Source: a virus
Taxonomy: Duplodnaviria > Caudoviricetes
Reading direction: 5' to 3' (one strand)
IMG/VR virus record: IMGVR_UViG_3300048672_000970
Coordinates: 64,001-128,000 of that record
DNA length: 64,000 nucleotides
Below are positions 17,419 to 26,615 of the stretch, in pieces; position 1 is the first letter of the stretch, and each line of letters begins with the position of its first letter. A model generated the notes under the pieces. That model did not search any database, was not told the origin of the DNA, and saw only the letters and a program-made list of their open reading frames with translations. The position numbers and the translations under genes were made by a program.

Positions 17419-17881
17419 AGACAAACTCTATTTCGATTTTGCTTCGAGGGTTGCAGAAGAATCATCAGCTATCCGGTTGAAAGTGGGTGCAGTCATTGTT
17501 AAAGACCATAACATCCTTTCATATGGGTGGAATGGCACTGCGCCGGGTGAAGATAATGCATGTGAATACGTTGACGCAACTGGCAACTTGATTACTAAAT
17601 GGGAAGTTAGGCACGCGGAGTGGAATGCTATTGCAAAGCTTCTCAGACATGGTACACTTGGCATCACTGGCGCAACGATGTACATCACGCACAGTCCTTG
17701 TAAAGAATGTTCCAAGCTGATTGAAGGAACAGGTATCAATCGGGTTGTCTACGGGCAAGTTTATCGAGATGCTGATGGTCTAGCATATCTGGACAGGCGA
17801 GGAATCTTTACTCAGTTGTTTAACTATGAAGGGGACTCAAATGCCAATTCCGAAACCAATCGAACAGTTCAACCCTGCTAA
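17402..17881 (+). CDS. dCMP/cytidine deaminase (ComEB-like)
   Basis: KVGAVIV, GWNG, HAExNAI, THSPCKECSK zinc-deaminase motifs. Confidence 0.9.
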   Translation: MSPEAEDKLYFDFASRVAEESSAIRLKVGAVIVKDHNILSYGWNGTAPGEDNACEYVDATGNLITKWEVRHAEWNAIAKLLRHGTLGITGATMYITHSPCKECSKLIEGTGINRVVYGQVYRDADGLAYLDRRGIFTQLFNYEGDSNANSETNRTVQPC

Positions 17882-18026
17882 TAAAAAGCATGTCGAAGCC
17901 TTGAAAATCTGGCTGCAAACTGGCATATGGAAAATCCAGTTTGCAGTCGAAGCGCCCTATCTGGATGTGCCAACTCTGGCTAAAGACCGTTACGTCAAGT
18001 TTATTCTAAATGTTCAATCTGCCTGA
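17841..18026 (+). CDS. Conserved small hypothetical protein
   Basis: Operonic between deaminase and DnaE piece. Confidence 0.55.
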   Translation: MPIPKPIEQFNPANKKHVEALKIWLQTGIWKIQFAVEAPYLDVPTLAKDRYVKFILNVQSA

Positions 18027-18531
18027 CCGAGTTTTACACCCAAACGGGCAATCAATTGTCTCGGCTGAACAGTGTGTTAATTTCCTTCTAAGGGGATTGA
18101 CACCTGTTCATTTTGCGGTTGAAGAACTTACTCCAGATATTATTGAGCATAACCGGCGTAGCGTAGACAAGATACTGTCGGTATCTGAGCTTAAAGAGCC
18201 TGATTTTGATTTATCTTACGCTATCCCCGTTGAATATCAACAACTTGACGTGTGTAAATACTTTTTAGACAAACTTGAAGCTCGGGAAGAATGGCGGTTG
18301 AATGATGCTATAATTGACCGGGTAGAAAATGAATTGGTCTTCATTCAGCGAACCAGTGCAGAAAACTATTTTCGGACAATCATTTACATTGTGGATAGAT
18401 TGAATGCGGAAAAGGTTGTGTACGGTATTGGGCGGGGATCTTCTTGTGCGTCATTTCTCTTGTACATGATTGGGCTACACACTGTTAATCCGATTGAGTA
18501 TGAGATTCCGATGGAAGAATTTTTCCATTGA
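18010..18531 (+). CDS. DNA polymerase III alpha (DnaE)-like fragment 1
   Basis: RVENEL...YFRTIIYIVD...GIGRGSSCASFLLYMIGLHTVNPI matches DnaE GRGS region. Confidence 0.85.
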   Translation: MFNLPDRVLHPNGQSIVSAEQCVNFLLRGLTPVHFAVEELTPDIIEHNRRSVDKILSVSELKEPDFDLSYAIPVEYQQLDVCKYFLDKLEAREEWRLNDAIIDRVENELVFIQRTSAENYFRTIIYIVDRLNAEKVVYGIGRGSSCASFLLYMIGLHTVNPIEYEIPMEEFFH

Positions 18532-18556
18532 CGCTAATTTATAAAGGAGCATAGCG

Positions 18557-18742
18557 ATGGCTACCACATCACGCCGAGGTGCTAAACTGGTTGATTTTGA
18601 TTTGATGGCGATTAAAGCTGCGCTTGCGCAGCAGGAATCGAACAAAGCGCCAGTGGAGCAACCCGTAGAAACACCAGTGGAACAAAATCCACTACCACCA
18701 GAACCAAAGAAAGGAAAAAATGCTAAAGCCACTCAAGAATAA
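18557..18742 (+). CDS. Hypothetical protein
   Basis: AAGGAG SD; GxxVDFDL motif common upstream of phage groES. Confidence 0.65.
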   Translation: MATTSRRGAKLVDFDLMAIKAALAQQESNKAPVEQPVETPVEQNPLPPEPKKGKNAKATQE

Positions 18743-19049
18743 CGTACTAATCCAGTTCCTTGACGAAACTCAGGGGCCGAAGGGAAAGTTTGTGGAACGC
18801 GGTTCCAAGTTTCTCATTATCCCTGCACTAGACTCTAACCAACATGGCGTGCCACGATGGGCGAAGGTTGTTGCTGTCGGCCCTGAAGCTGACGGTGTTG
18901 CTGTCGGTGATTTCGCCCTGGTTGAACCGATGCAATGGTCATTCCGAACTGAGCCGATGGAAGAATTTGGCAACGCGCCCATCTGGCGGACGTTTGACCA
19001 TAACATCCTCATGGTTACTGACGATGAAAGCTTGACGTATCAGTTCTAA
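18720..19049 (+). CDS. groES: Co-chaperonin GroES
   Basis: LKPLxNxVL...AKVVAVGP...VAVGDxxL. Confidence 0.85.
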   Translation: MLKPLKNNVLIQFLDETQGPKGKFVERGSKFLIIPALDSNQHGVPRWAKVVAVGPEADGVAVGDFALVEPMQWSFRTEPMEEFGNAPIWRTFDHNILMVTDDESLTYQF

Positions 19050-19095
19050 GCTGTCAGAATTCATTCCATCGCAACACGAACCGCCGAGTTAACAA

Positions 19096-20037
19096 ATGAT
19101 CGCTTACTTCTGCTTCATCGCCGCTGCTCTCATCGAAGCCCTGGCGATGATTATTTCTGTCAACGGTATGGCAGCATATTTCGGCATGAACCTGATCATC
19201 ATGGCCCTGGCGGCGACGATTGACATTGGCGCCATTGCTTGCTGGATTGGCACCTATCAATACTGGAACAAACTCAATGCCAAAATGAAAACCATTGGCG
19301 TCGCGCTCTGCGCTGGCACGATGATTTTCTCTGCATCGGGTGTTGCTAGTTTCCTGATGGCTGACTTCCAAAAGGCAGCGGTCGGTGTTAAGGAATCTGC
19401 ACTGCGTATCGACCAACTGCAAGTTGAACGTCAGCGCCTGATTGCTCGCAAGACCAGCATGGAACAGCAAGTTGCTGCTCTGCGCGAAGACATGGTGACG
19501 GCGAAGATTCGTATGCAAAATACGTTCGCTGCTGAAAAGCAAACCGTAGACAACCGTCTTAACGCCGTTGAAACCGAGCTGAACACGCTTGAACAGCAGC
19601 ACGTCACTACGGCTGCTAAGGGTGGCACCATCATGTTTGTTGCTGAAATGTTCGGTCTGACTGAAATGCAAGCTACCAAGTGGGTTGTCGGCTTCGTGGT
19701 GTCCATCTTCACGCCGCTGGCTTTCTTCCTGATGCTGCTGGGCAATTTCATCAAGAACCAATCGGACGAAAAGCCGGCTGAAGAAAAGGTTGTTGCTGAA
19801 GAAAAGGTTGCACCGGAAGTTGAACCGGAAGTTACTGAAGAACCGGCGCCGGAAGTTCACATCGAAGAACTGTACCCGGAACTGACGTTCACGTCGAAGT
19901 TCTCTGCCCCGGCCAAGCCTGCCGCCAAGCGTGGCCGGCCGACCAATGCTGAACGTGCTGCCCGCCTGGCTGCTCAACAAGCCGCTGAAGCTGCAGCGCA
20001 AGAATCTGGCTCGACTCGTCACCTGTACGCTGACTGA
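19096..20037 (+). CDS. Multi-pass membrane protein with coiled coil and C-terminal AT-hook-like motif
   Basis: 3 N-terminal hydrophobic helices, ~100-aa heptad region, further TM, Glu/Pro linker, KRGRP. Confidence 0.75.
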   Translation: MIAYFCFIAAALIEALAMIISVNGMAAYFGMNLIIMALAATIDIGAIACWIGTYQYWNKLNAKMKTIGVALCAGTMIFSASGVASFLMADFQKAAVGVKESALRIDQLQVERQRLIARKTSMEQQVAALREDMVTAKIRMQNTFAAEKQTVDNRLNAVETELNTLEQQHVTTAAKGGTIMFVAEMFGLTEMQATKWVVGFVVSIFTPLAFFLMLLGNFIKNQSDEKPAEEKVVAEEKVAPEVEPEVTEEPAPEVHIEELYPELTFTSKFSAPAKPAAKRGRPTNAERAARLAAQQAAEAAAQESGSTRHLYAD

Positions 20038-20056
20038 ACCGAAACTGTGCTAAACT

Positions 20057-20080
20057 AAAAGCCCGCATCTGCGGGCTTTT
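20057..20080 (+). terminator. Rho-independent terminator
   Basis: GCCCGC-atct-GCGGGC-TTTT. Confidence 0.85.
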
Positions 20081-20100
20081 ACACTTTTGAAAGGATAGCT

Positions 20101-21006
20101 TTGCTCAACAAAAATTCTCTTTGGGTCGAAAAGTATCGACCGGCCCACGTGGCAGATGTCGTGTTTTCGTCAGCGGACGTTAAGGCAAAGTTTGCCGCGT
20201 ATGTTGAAAAGAAAACCATCCCTAACCTATTGTTTTACGGTTCACCCGGAACAGGCAAATCATCCATCAGTTCCGCATTGCTCACAGACCTTCTAATCGA
20301 CCCTGATGACATCCTACGTGTCAATTGCTCGAAGGATAAGATTGATGCCCTACGTGACCGTGTAGACCTGTTCTCGCGGTCTATGCCGCGCGGCGAGCTG
20401 AAAATTGTACAGCTTGAAGAACTGGACGGGATGAGTTTGGATGGGCAACGTCTGCTTAAAACCCTGGTTGAAGACGTGTCGGAATATTGTCGGTTCATTG
20501 CGACCTGTAACGAACCCCATAAAATCATTCCTCCCATCAAATCTAGATTCACTTCATTCCATTTCGCCAAACCAGATTTCGACCAAGTATTTTTTAGACT
20601 GGCTGACATTCTCATTGCTGAACAGGTATCATTCACTCCTGAAGATTTTGACAAAATCATTCAGATGCATTACCCGGATATTAGACAGACCATTCAAGCT
20701 TTGCAGGATTCGTCTATTTCTGGCGCATTAACAATTAACACCGATACACTGGAAGCTGACTGGAAACCTGCACTCCTTAATGCACTTTCTAATTCAGATT
20801 GGCAGGCCGCTCGGCAAGTTGTTTGTTCTTCACTCAGTAAAGAAGATTTGCCAATGATTTACCCATTCCTGTTCACGGCTCTGCGCAATCATCAAAAATT
20901 TAACGTGATGTGCAAAATCATCGCTGAATACCAGTATCGAAGTGCGTTTGTGGCAGACCCTGAAATTCAACTGGCTGCAATGTTTTTCTCGCTGGCGGAT
21001 TGCTGA
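20101..21006 (+). CDS. Clamp loader large subunit (RFC/T4 gp44-like AAA+)
   Basis: WVEKYRP, GSPGTGKS Walker A, LEELD Walker B, SRF, YPDIR. Confidence 0.93.
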   Translation: MLNKNSLWVEKYRPAHVADVVFSSADVKAKFAAYVEKKTIPNLLFYGSPGTGKSSISSALLTDLLIDPDDILRVNCSKDKIDALRDRVDLFSRSMPRGELKIVQLEELDGMSLDGQRLLKTLVEDVSEYCRFIATCNEPHKIIPPIKSRFTSFHFAKPDFDQVFFRLADILIAEQVSFTPEDFDKIIQMHYPDIRQTIQALQDSSISGALTINTDTLEADWKPALLNALSNSDWQAARQVVCSSLSKEDLPMIYPFLFTALRNHQKFNVMCKIIAEYQYRSAFVADPEIQLAAMFFSLADC

Positions 21007-21008
21007 AA

Positions 21009-21521
21009 ATGGCTTATAACGTCGATTTGTTCGGTTTTCTTAATAGCTTGTCAAAGGGTGTTAATCCGTATAGAGAGATGACGGAAATAGAACAGAAAGA
21101 ACTGCAACCAGTCATCATTTATCGATGGCTTTCCGGATGCAGTTCAGGGCATCAAGTTCAAAAACTGGCCGAGCTGAACCATTTCATTTTCACCATCTCT
21201 GATAAAGCGACTCTGTTCGATTTGATGGCCGCTGCATGCGATGGGAAAAGCTATCGGTACAAATGGATTAAACCGGCTGGCTCACAATCTGCGCCCATCT
21301 GCTTGAAAGTGATAATGACGGCTTATAATTGCAGTGAGAGGGAAGCAATCGGTTATCTTCCTAAGTTAGATGCAAATGATATCTATGAATCTGCTGAAAT
21401 GCAGGGAATGGATGATGCGACGTTAACCAAGCTTATTCAGGAGTTGAAAAATGGACATGCAAAAACTACGTTCACAGGCAGCGAGCCGACGAAACGAGCA
21501 AAGCGAACAAAAAGAGCCTGA
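21009..21521 (+). CDS. Clamp loader small subunit (T4 gp62-like)
   Basis: Adjacent to gp44-like gene; FxxxxIxRWLS...YxCSxREAxxYL pattern. Confidence 0.7.
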   Translation: MAYNVDLFGFLNSLSKGVNPYREMTEIEQKELQPVIIYRWLSGCSSGHQVQKLAELNHFIFTISDKATLFDLMAAACDGKSYRYKWIKPAGSQSAPICLKVIMTAYNCSEREAIGYLPKLDANDIYESAEMQGMDDATLTKLIQELKNGHAKTTFTGSEPTKRAKRTKRA

Positions 21522-22197
21522 AATTTCTGGATGGAAGTGTGAGTATTGCCAGAAATCATTTGCCCGAGAATCTACATTCATGCGGCATTCATGTCGGGAG
21601 CGTGAGCGAGCCATTGAACTGAAATCGTTTGTTGGGCAAAAAGCGTATGGGTATTATGGTGAATGGATGAAACAACGTCATCGCAGTGTTCCAAAAATAG
21701 AAACGTTTGCCACGTCGCAATACTACACGTCGTTCGTTAAATTTGCCAAATGGGCCGAGCAAGTAAATCTACCTTCAATCACTAATTACATCAAGGTGAT
21801 GATTGACCAAGGATTTGATAACCCCCACTATTGGGTTGATGCTGAACGGCATGCCATGTATCTAGAATGGTACGATAACGCAAAATCGCCCCAAGATGCA
21901 TTTGTTGATTCAATCGAGTATATTGAAAGCTACCTAGAATCCAATCATGTTACTGGCAATGTCTTTGAGCATTTAGGAATCAGAGAACTCGGCCAGCTAA
22001 TCAAGAAACGGAAAATATCTATGTGGTTTGTGTTAGCATCACCCGCCTGCAAAGATTTTATCATCCGTGCCAAATCAGACCCGGACTTTAATCAATTCAT
22101 TTCGGCATACGATGTTAACGCATGGGGAATCAGAATCAAAAATAACACAGCGATGATTAAGGAGTTTGCCGAAGTATGCAAAGCGATGAATCTGTAA
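21451..22197 (+). CDS. Conserved jumbo-phage protein with Zn-finger-like motif
   Basis: WKCEYCQKSF...HSC. Confidence 0.7.
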   Translation: MDMQKLRSQAASRRNEQSEQKEPEISGWKCEYCQKSFARESTFMRHSCRERERAIELKSFVGQKAYGYYGEWMKQRHRSVPKIETFATSQYYTSFVKFAKWAEQVNLPSITNYIKVMIDQGFDNPHYWVDAERHAMYLEWYDNAKSPQDAFVDSIEYIESYLESNHVTGNVFEHLGIRELGQLIKKRKISMWFVLASPACKDFIIRAKSDPDFNQFISAYDVNAWGIRIKNNTAMIKEFAEVCKAMNL

Positions 22198-22775
22198 TTT
22201 TTTCAGCCGACGTTGATATTGATACTTGTTCCTCGTTCAACGCCTCATCTTTTTTCGGATGGACGAGAGCATCAGTCATTGATGAAAATATCTCTCCGCA
22301 TCCATGCGGAGTTTATCCACAACCCATTCCGGTTGACCACTTAACGGGACTGGCGGCGATGCCATACGATTTTGCCGAGCTGGCCGGCTACAATAAAATA
22401 GATTTCCTTCATTTGGCCGTCTATGATAATTTCACATCTAGACAAGAGATTTTAGAACTGGACGCGAAAGAACCGAAATGGGAGTTACTTACGAAAGCTT
22501 CCGTCTGCCCCAAATTGTTCCAGTTGGCTAAACATCATGCGTTGCTGGCAAAAATTAAACCGACTTCGGTGTTAGAATTGGCCGATGTCCTTGCACTCAT
22601 CAGACCTGCAAAACGGCAGTACGAAGATTTGTATCTGGCGCAACGAGGGAAAATTCGACCTTTGCTCTTTTTGAAAGAATTGTCGGAAGCGTATGCATTC
22701 AAGAAATCGCACGCGATTAGCTATGCGAAAGTAATCTGTTTGCAACTGCACCTAATTGAGCTTAACAGGCTCTGA
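22176..22775 (+). CDS. DNA polymerase III alpha (DnaE)-like fragment 2
   Basis: ADVDID (PDIDxD equivalent), HPCGV, KIDFL, LALIRP, YAFKKSHAISYA. Confidence 0.85.
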   Translation: MQSDESVIFSADVDIDTCSSFNASSFFGWTRASVIDENISPHPCGVYPQPIPVDHLTGLAAMPYDFAELAGYNKIDFLHLAVYDNFTSRQEILELDAKEPKWELLTKASVCPKLFQLAKHHALLAKIKPTSVLELADVLALIRPAKRQYEDLYLAQRGKIRPLLFLKELSEAYAFKKSHAISYAKVICLQLHLIELNRL

Positions 22776-23148
22776 AAATTGCTTTACGTCTGCGAATTTT
22801 AACTTCGGTGTCAAACTCAAACTTGAACATTTTACCGTGAAAGCGATTGATGGTATGGATATCAAATGATTTGTAAATGCGGGAGGTGGCGGATGTTAAT
22901 CCTCGGCGGGAGAATTCGATTGACAGAGGATGTTTTGCTGAGTTTGTTTGTTCCCATTCTTTCGCCACTGCAATAATTTTGTGCGGGTCTAACCCTTCAG
23001 AATCGGCATAGTCGAGAATGTATGCGAACAAAACTTCATCTTTGATGTTGTCCACGATTGCCAAATACGAGTTGTTATCATGGTCGATAAAACTGAGAAT
23101 GAATTGGTTAGACTCGTCGCTCACATATACAAATTTTGAATCAATCAT
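22762..23148 (-). CDS. Conserved hypothetical protein
   Basis: Only long ORF filling the gap; convergent with DnaE piece. Confidence 0.6.
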   Translation of the reverse strand: MIDSKFVYVSDESNQFILSFIDHDNNSYLAIVDNIKDEVLFAYILDYADSEGLDPHKIIAVAKEWEQTNSAKHPLSIEFSRRGLTSATSRIYKSFDIHTINRFHGKMFKFEFDTEVKIRRRKAIFRAC

Positions 23149-23197
23149 CGTTTTTCACATTTTCATTATTTACTTCACCAAAACAGGAGAATCCTCA

Positions 23198-24517
23198 ATG
23201 AGTAAAACCAACTTTTTTGAAATCATGCACGCTTGCGAATCCACTTCCGGGAAGGGAGCAAAGGAACGCATTCAGCAACAACTAACCCTGCTGGATGAAA
23301 CGGGCCAAAAGCTCGTAGAAGCCGCGCTAAACCCGTTTAGGACGTTTGGAGTGAAGAAGGTGAAGGTGAAAGGTTCTAACGGCTCTGGCAGCGTTCTAGA
23401 CCCCTTCCTGAGCCTTTTGGACAAGCTGGAAAAGCGAGAATTGACGGGGAATGCCGCGAAGGACAGTATCGAATCTGTACTCAGTCAATACAGTAAAGAA
23501 GAACAGAATTGGCTTATTCGAGTCATTATGAAGAATCTTCGAGCCGGTTTTACGGAGAACACTTATAACAAAGTGTTCCCGGATGCTGTCCCCGTTTTTG
23601 ATATCATGCTGGCTGATAAATATGATACGGATGAACAACTGAAACAAAACATTAAGTTCCCGGTATATGCTGAACACAAACTTGATGGGCAGCGGACAAT
23701 CGCGTTCCATTGTAATAATAACTCAACCGTGTATTATGCCCGAGGCGGCAGGCTGTCTGAACATCTGAATGGGTTGTTTGATTCGGAATTGCAACTACTG
23801 CGTGATATGTATGGATATGATATTGTCATTGACGGTGAAGTGATGGGTGAGTATTTCACCCAAACCATTAATGCCAAGAAGGGTGGTAATGACGATGCAA
23901 AACAAGCACTGGTGTTCCATGTTTTCAATATCATCCCAATGGATGAATGGAAAACTCGAAAGGTTTCTAGTAAGCTTTATGCGATGGCAACTGAACGCAA
24001 TGCCATGCTGGCCGCGCTGCATCAAGTTATGGCTCCCGCAAAATCTAAAATCGTGCCAGTAGAAGGAAAGATTGTTAACTCATTTGAAGAAGCTCAGGAA
24101 TTCTTTTCAGAAGTCATTGAATTTGCAGAAGGTCTTATCCTGAAAAATCCAATGGCTCACTATGAATTCGACCGTTCTCGTGAGTCTCGTGCGTGGATTA
24201 AATGGAAACCGTTTTTTGATGTAGACCTTGAAATCTATGATTGGTATTATGGCAATCCCGGTACTCGTCTAGAACATACTGTCGGTGGAATTAAATGCCG
24301 GGGTGCTGATGAGCATGGTAATAAAATCGATACCAATGTTGGCTCAGGTTTTTCTGATGAATTGCGTGCTGATATCCTCACCAACTTTGCTTCAAAGTAT
24401 TGCAACAAGATGGTTGAACTTCGTTACCAAGAATTGACCCTTGCTGAAAATGCATCAACCTACTCGCTCCGATTCCCGACTTTTAGAAAGATGCGTCCTG
24501 ATAAATTCGCCATGTGA
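23198..24517 (+). CDS. ATP-dependent DNA ligase
   Basis: EHKLDGQR (KxDG adenylation), IDGE, FHVFN, EGLILK, WIKWK, VGSG, LRFPTF; AGGAG SD before 23198. Confidence 0.95.
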   Translation: MSKTNFFEIMHACESTSGKGAKERIQQQLTLLDETGQKLVEAALNPFRTFGVKKVKVKGSNGSGSVLDPFLSLLDKLEKRELTGNAAKDSIESVLSQYSKEEQNWLIRVIMKNLRAGFTENTYNKVFPDAVPVFDIMLADKYDTDEQLKQNIKFPVYAEHKLDGQRTIAFHCNNNSTVYYARGGRLSEHLNGLFDSELQLLRDMYGYDIVIDGEVMGEYFTQTINAKKGGNDDAKQALVFHVFNIIPMDEWKTRKVSSKLYAMATERNAMLAALHQVMAPAKSKIVPVEGKIVNSFEEAQEFFSEVIEFAEGLILKNPMAHYEFDRSRESRAWIKWKPFFDVDLEIYDWYYGNPGTRLEHTVGGIKCRGADEHGNKIDTNVGSGFSDELRADILTNFASKYCNKMVELRYQELTLAENASTYSLRFPTFRKMRPDKFAM

Positions 24518-24547
24518 TGTAAATAGAGAAAACCAAATGGGAGTTAT

Positions 24548-24892
24548 ATGGAATTTGAACGTCTAGTTGAATTGGCTGGCATCAGTAACGAAGGGACATC
24601 AATCTCTGAACAAATGCTTGAAGAAGGTATCATCAGTAAGGTTGCACGGGTTGGTATCCTGATGGGTGAATCTGACGACCTTAAGACGACCGGCAAGGTG
24701 TTTTTCATCAAGAATGATAATCCGGCCGTTGAACTACTGGTACAGACACTCGGTATTCCGGGTGATGGCACCGCATTTCGTACAGGTATGCAAGGTTTCG
24801 CGTGCTATCACGAAGACCGGCAATTACTGTTTTTTGCGAAGTACAAGCGTGACCTGCCTGTGTACATTGACACGATGAATAAAAAGAAGTAA
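24548..24892 (+). CDS. Hypothetical late protein
   Basis: TAAATA at 24520; MEFERLVELAG. Confidence 0.65.
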   Translation: MEFERLVELAGISNEGTSISEQMLEEGIISKVARVGILMGESDDLKTTGKVFFIKNDNPAVELLVQTLGIPGDGTAFRTGMQGFACYHEDRQLLFFAKYKRDLPVYIDTMNKKK

Positions 24893-24909
24893 GATGGTGT
24901 GATAAGTTT

Positions 24910-24934
24910 AGCCCCGGCAAAGCCGGGGCTTTTT
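24910..24934 (+). terminator. Rho-independent terminator
   Basis: GCCCCGGC-aaa-GCCGGGGC-TTTTT. Confidence 0.88.
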
Positions 24935-24952
24935 CTTTAGGTGGGACAAAAG

Positions 24953-24992
24953 TGTAACAGTCCTTGACTTGCAGCCTCGTTCTTGGCACAAT
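24953..24992 (+). promoter_or_regulatory. Early promoter with TGTAAC box
   Basis: TGTAAC-N5-TTGACT-17 nt-CACAAT. Confidence 0.65.
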
Positions 24993-25032
24993 TCAATCAC
25001 TGTCTATCAAGTTCTCTTTTTTCGGAGCTACC

Positions 25033-25287
25033 ATGCAAGAAGTTATCGTTTATCGCAATCCGCTCGAAGCTGCGATGTGGCATGCCATCGCTAATACAGA
25101 GGCAAGCATTTGGCAGTACATTCTGTTCGGCGCACTGGTTGCTTTCATCATTCCGGTGCTGACCAATTACATTGCTGGTTGGCTCAAAATCCCGATGTAC
25201 AAGAAACAACAAATTCTGGCGAAGGGTGTTTACGTTGGCATCATTGTCGGTCTGGTAACGATGTTCATCGCCCCTTGGTTCATGTGA
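25033..25287 (+). CDS. Small membrane protein
   Basis: GGAG SD; IVYRNPLEAAMW + 2 TM. Confidence 0.7.
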   Translation: MQEVIVYRNPLEAAMWHAIANTEASIWQYILFGALVAFIIPVLTNYIAGWLKIPMYKKQQILAKGVYVGIIVGLVTMFIAPWFM

Positions 25288-25296
25288 AAGGAAAAT

Positions 25297-25488
25297 ATGA
25301 ACGAAAATCAGCAAACGCTTTGTAAAGTGATTGCATACCAAATGTATGCAGCCCTGAAGAAAATTCCACCTGACAATCCGCAGCTTGCCAGTCAAATGCA
25401 GGAACTGGTGATGCGTCATTTGAATCGATTTCTGCATGGTGAGCAGGGTGGAATAGAATCAACCTGTAGTGAAGTGAAGGATTCATAA
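25297..25488 (+). CDS. Hypothetical protein
   Basis: AAGGA SD. Confidence 0.55.
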   Translation: MNENQQTLCKVIAYQMYAALKKIPPDNPQLASQMQELVMRHLNRFLHGEQGGIESTCSEVKDS

Positions 25489-26609
25489 TGGACATGTTCC
25501 TGTGCGGAATCATTTTGCTGGTTGTAACGGGCGTTGTCGCTTTTCGAGTCAACAAGACCAGTTATGCACTGGTCGTTCCGATTTGTTTTTTCGTTGGTGG
25601 GCTGGCCCTATTGGTAATGATTTGGGGAATGAACGTATATGCTCAAGCGGCCGATGTTGAAATTTGGAATGGGATGGTGAACACTAAACACCGGGTGCAC
25701 GATAGTTATACCCGGCGTTATGACTGTAATTGCCACCAAGTTTGCTCCGGGTCTGGAAAGGATAGGTCGTGCTCAAATCGGTGTGATACCTGTACGGAAG
25801 AACATTACACGGTCAAGTGGTGGCTCAACACAACTATCGGAAAAATGTCGGTCAAAGAACTGGACAGCACTTCCCAATCCGTTTATAATGCCCCTGACCC
25901 GCAGTTGTTCATTGCCACTCAGCCCGGACAGCCAGTTGCAAAAACGCATACTTACATGAATTGGGTGAAAGCAAATGAACATTCCATTTTGAATCAACAG
26001 GCAATGGATATGTTCAAGCAGCATATCCCGCCTTACCCGAGTGGTGTGTATAACTTGTATCAAGTTGATCGTGTCCTGTGGGTGAACATGCCTGTAGTAA
26101 ATGCGCAACGGTGGAATAACGCCTTAGCAGAAATGCTGAAATTACGTGGCAATTCCGAGCAAGTGAACGTGGTACTTGTGTTTGCAAATCTGGACGATTC
26201 GATGTATAGTGAGGCACTGGAAGCCGCATGGAATCGTGCGAAAAAGAATGATGTCGTCATTGTCGTTGGTGTCACTGCAGAATTCAACGAACCGAAATGG
26301 GTGCGTGTGTTTTCGTGGACTGATGCGGCCGAATTCAAAATTATGCTCGCTGATGAATTGCTAACCACTCCGCTGAATCATGTTGACTTCATGCGTGTTA
26401 TCGGTGATAATATCGATAAGCGATTCGTTCGTAAGCAGATGAAAGATTTTGCTTACATGCAAGGGATGATTGAACTGCCCTGGTGGGCGGTCATGATTTA
26501 TCTGGCAATGCTGTGCGGTGCTGCGGTCTGGACGGTTGCATCGTATGGATACAGCGGATACAATAACCGCAAAAAGTTTTCTCCCAAGTCGTTCCGTAAC
26601 TTCCGTTGA
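25488..26609 (+). CDS. Membrane protein with Cys-rich periplasmic segment and TPM-like domain
   Basis: 2 N-terminal TM, CNC..C...C..CDTC, WxxAKKNDVVIVVG...W..VFSWT, C-terminal TM. Confidence 0.7.
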   Translation: MDMFLCGIILLVVTGVVAFRVNKTSYALVVPICFFVGGLALLVMIWGMNVYAQAADVEIWNGMVNTKHRVHDSYTRRYDCNCHQVCSGSGKDRSCSNRCDTCTEEHYTVKWWLNTTIGKMSVKELDSTSQSVYNAPDPQLFIATQPGQPVAKTHTYMNWVKANEHSILNQQAMDMFKQHIPPYPSGVYNLYQVDRVLWVNMPVVNAQRWNNALAEMLKLRGNSEQVNVVLVFANLDDSMYSEALEAAWNRAKKNDVVIVVGVTAEFNEPKWVRVFSWTDAAEFKIMLADELLTTPLNHVDFMRVIGDNIDKRFVRKQMKDFAYMQGMIELPWWAVMIYLAMLCGAAVWTVASYGYSGYNNRKKFSPKSFRNFR

Positions 26610-26615
26610 AAGGAA

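Noticed and set aside
19054-20022. 322-aa minus-strand ORF
   Set aside because: Antisense shadow of the codon-biased membrane protein 19096-20037; no SD or motifs.
18010-22775. Trans-splicing split intein joining the DnaE pieces
   Set aside because: Piece 1 ends in EEFFH with no intein N-part, and piece 2 has no HN-C/S junction before ADVDID.
23018-23197. ORF-track N-terminal extensions (ligase from 23018; also 2862, 42906, 48274, 49692, 13766)
   Set aside because: They overlap other genes, promoters or terminators. Better SD-supported starts lie downstream.
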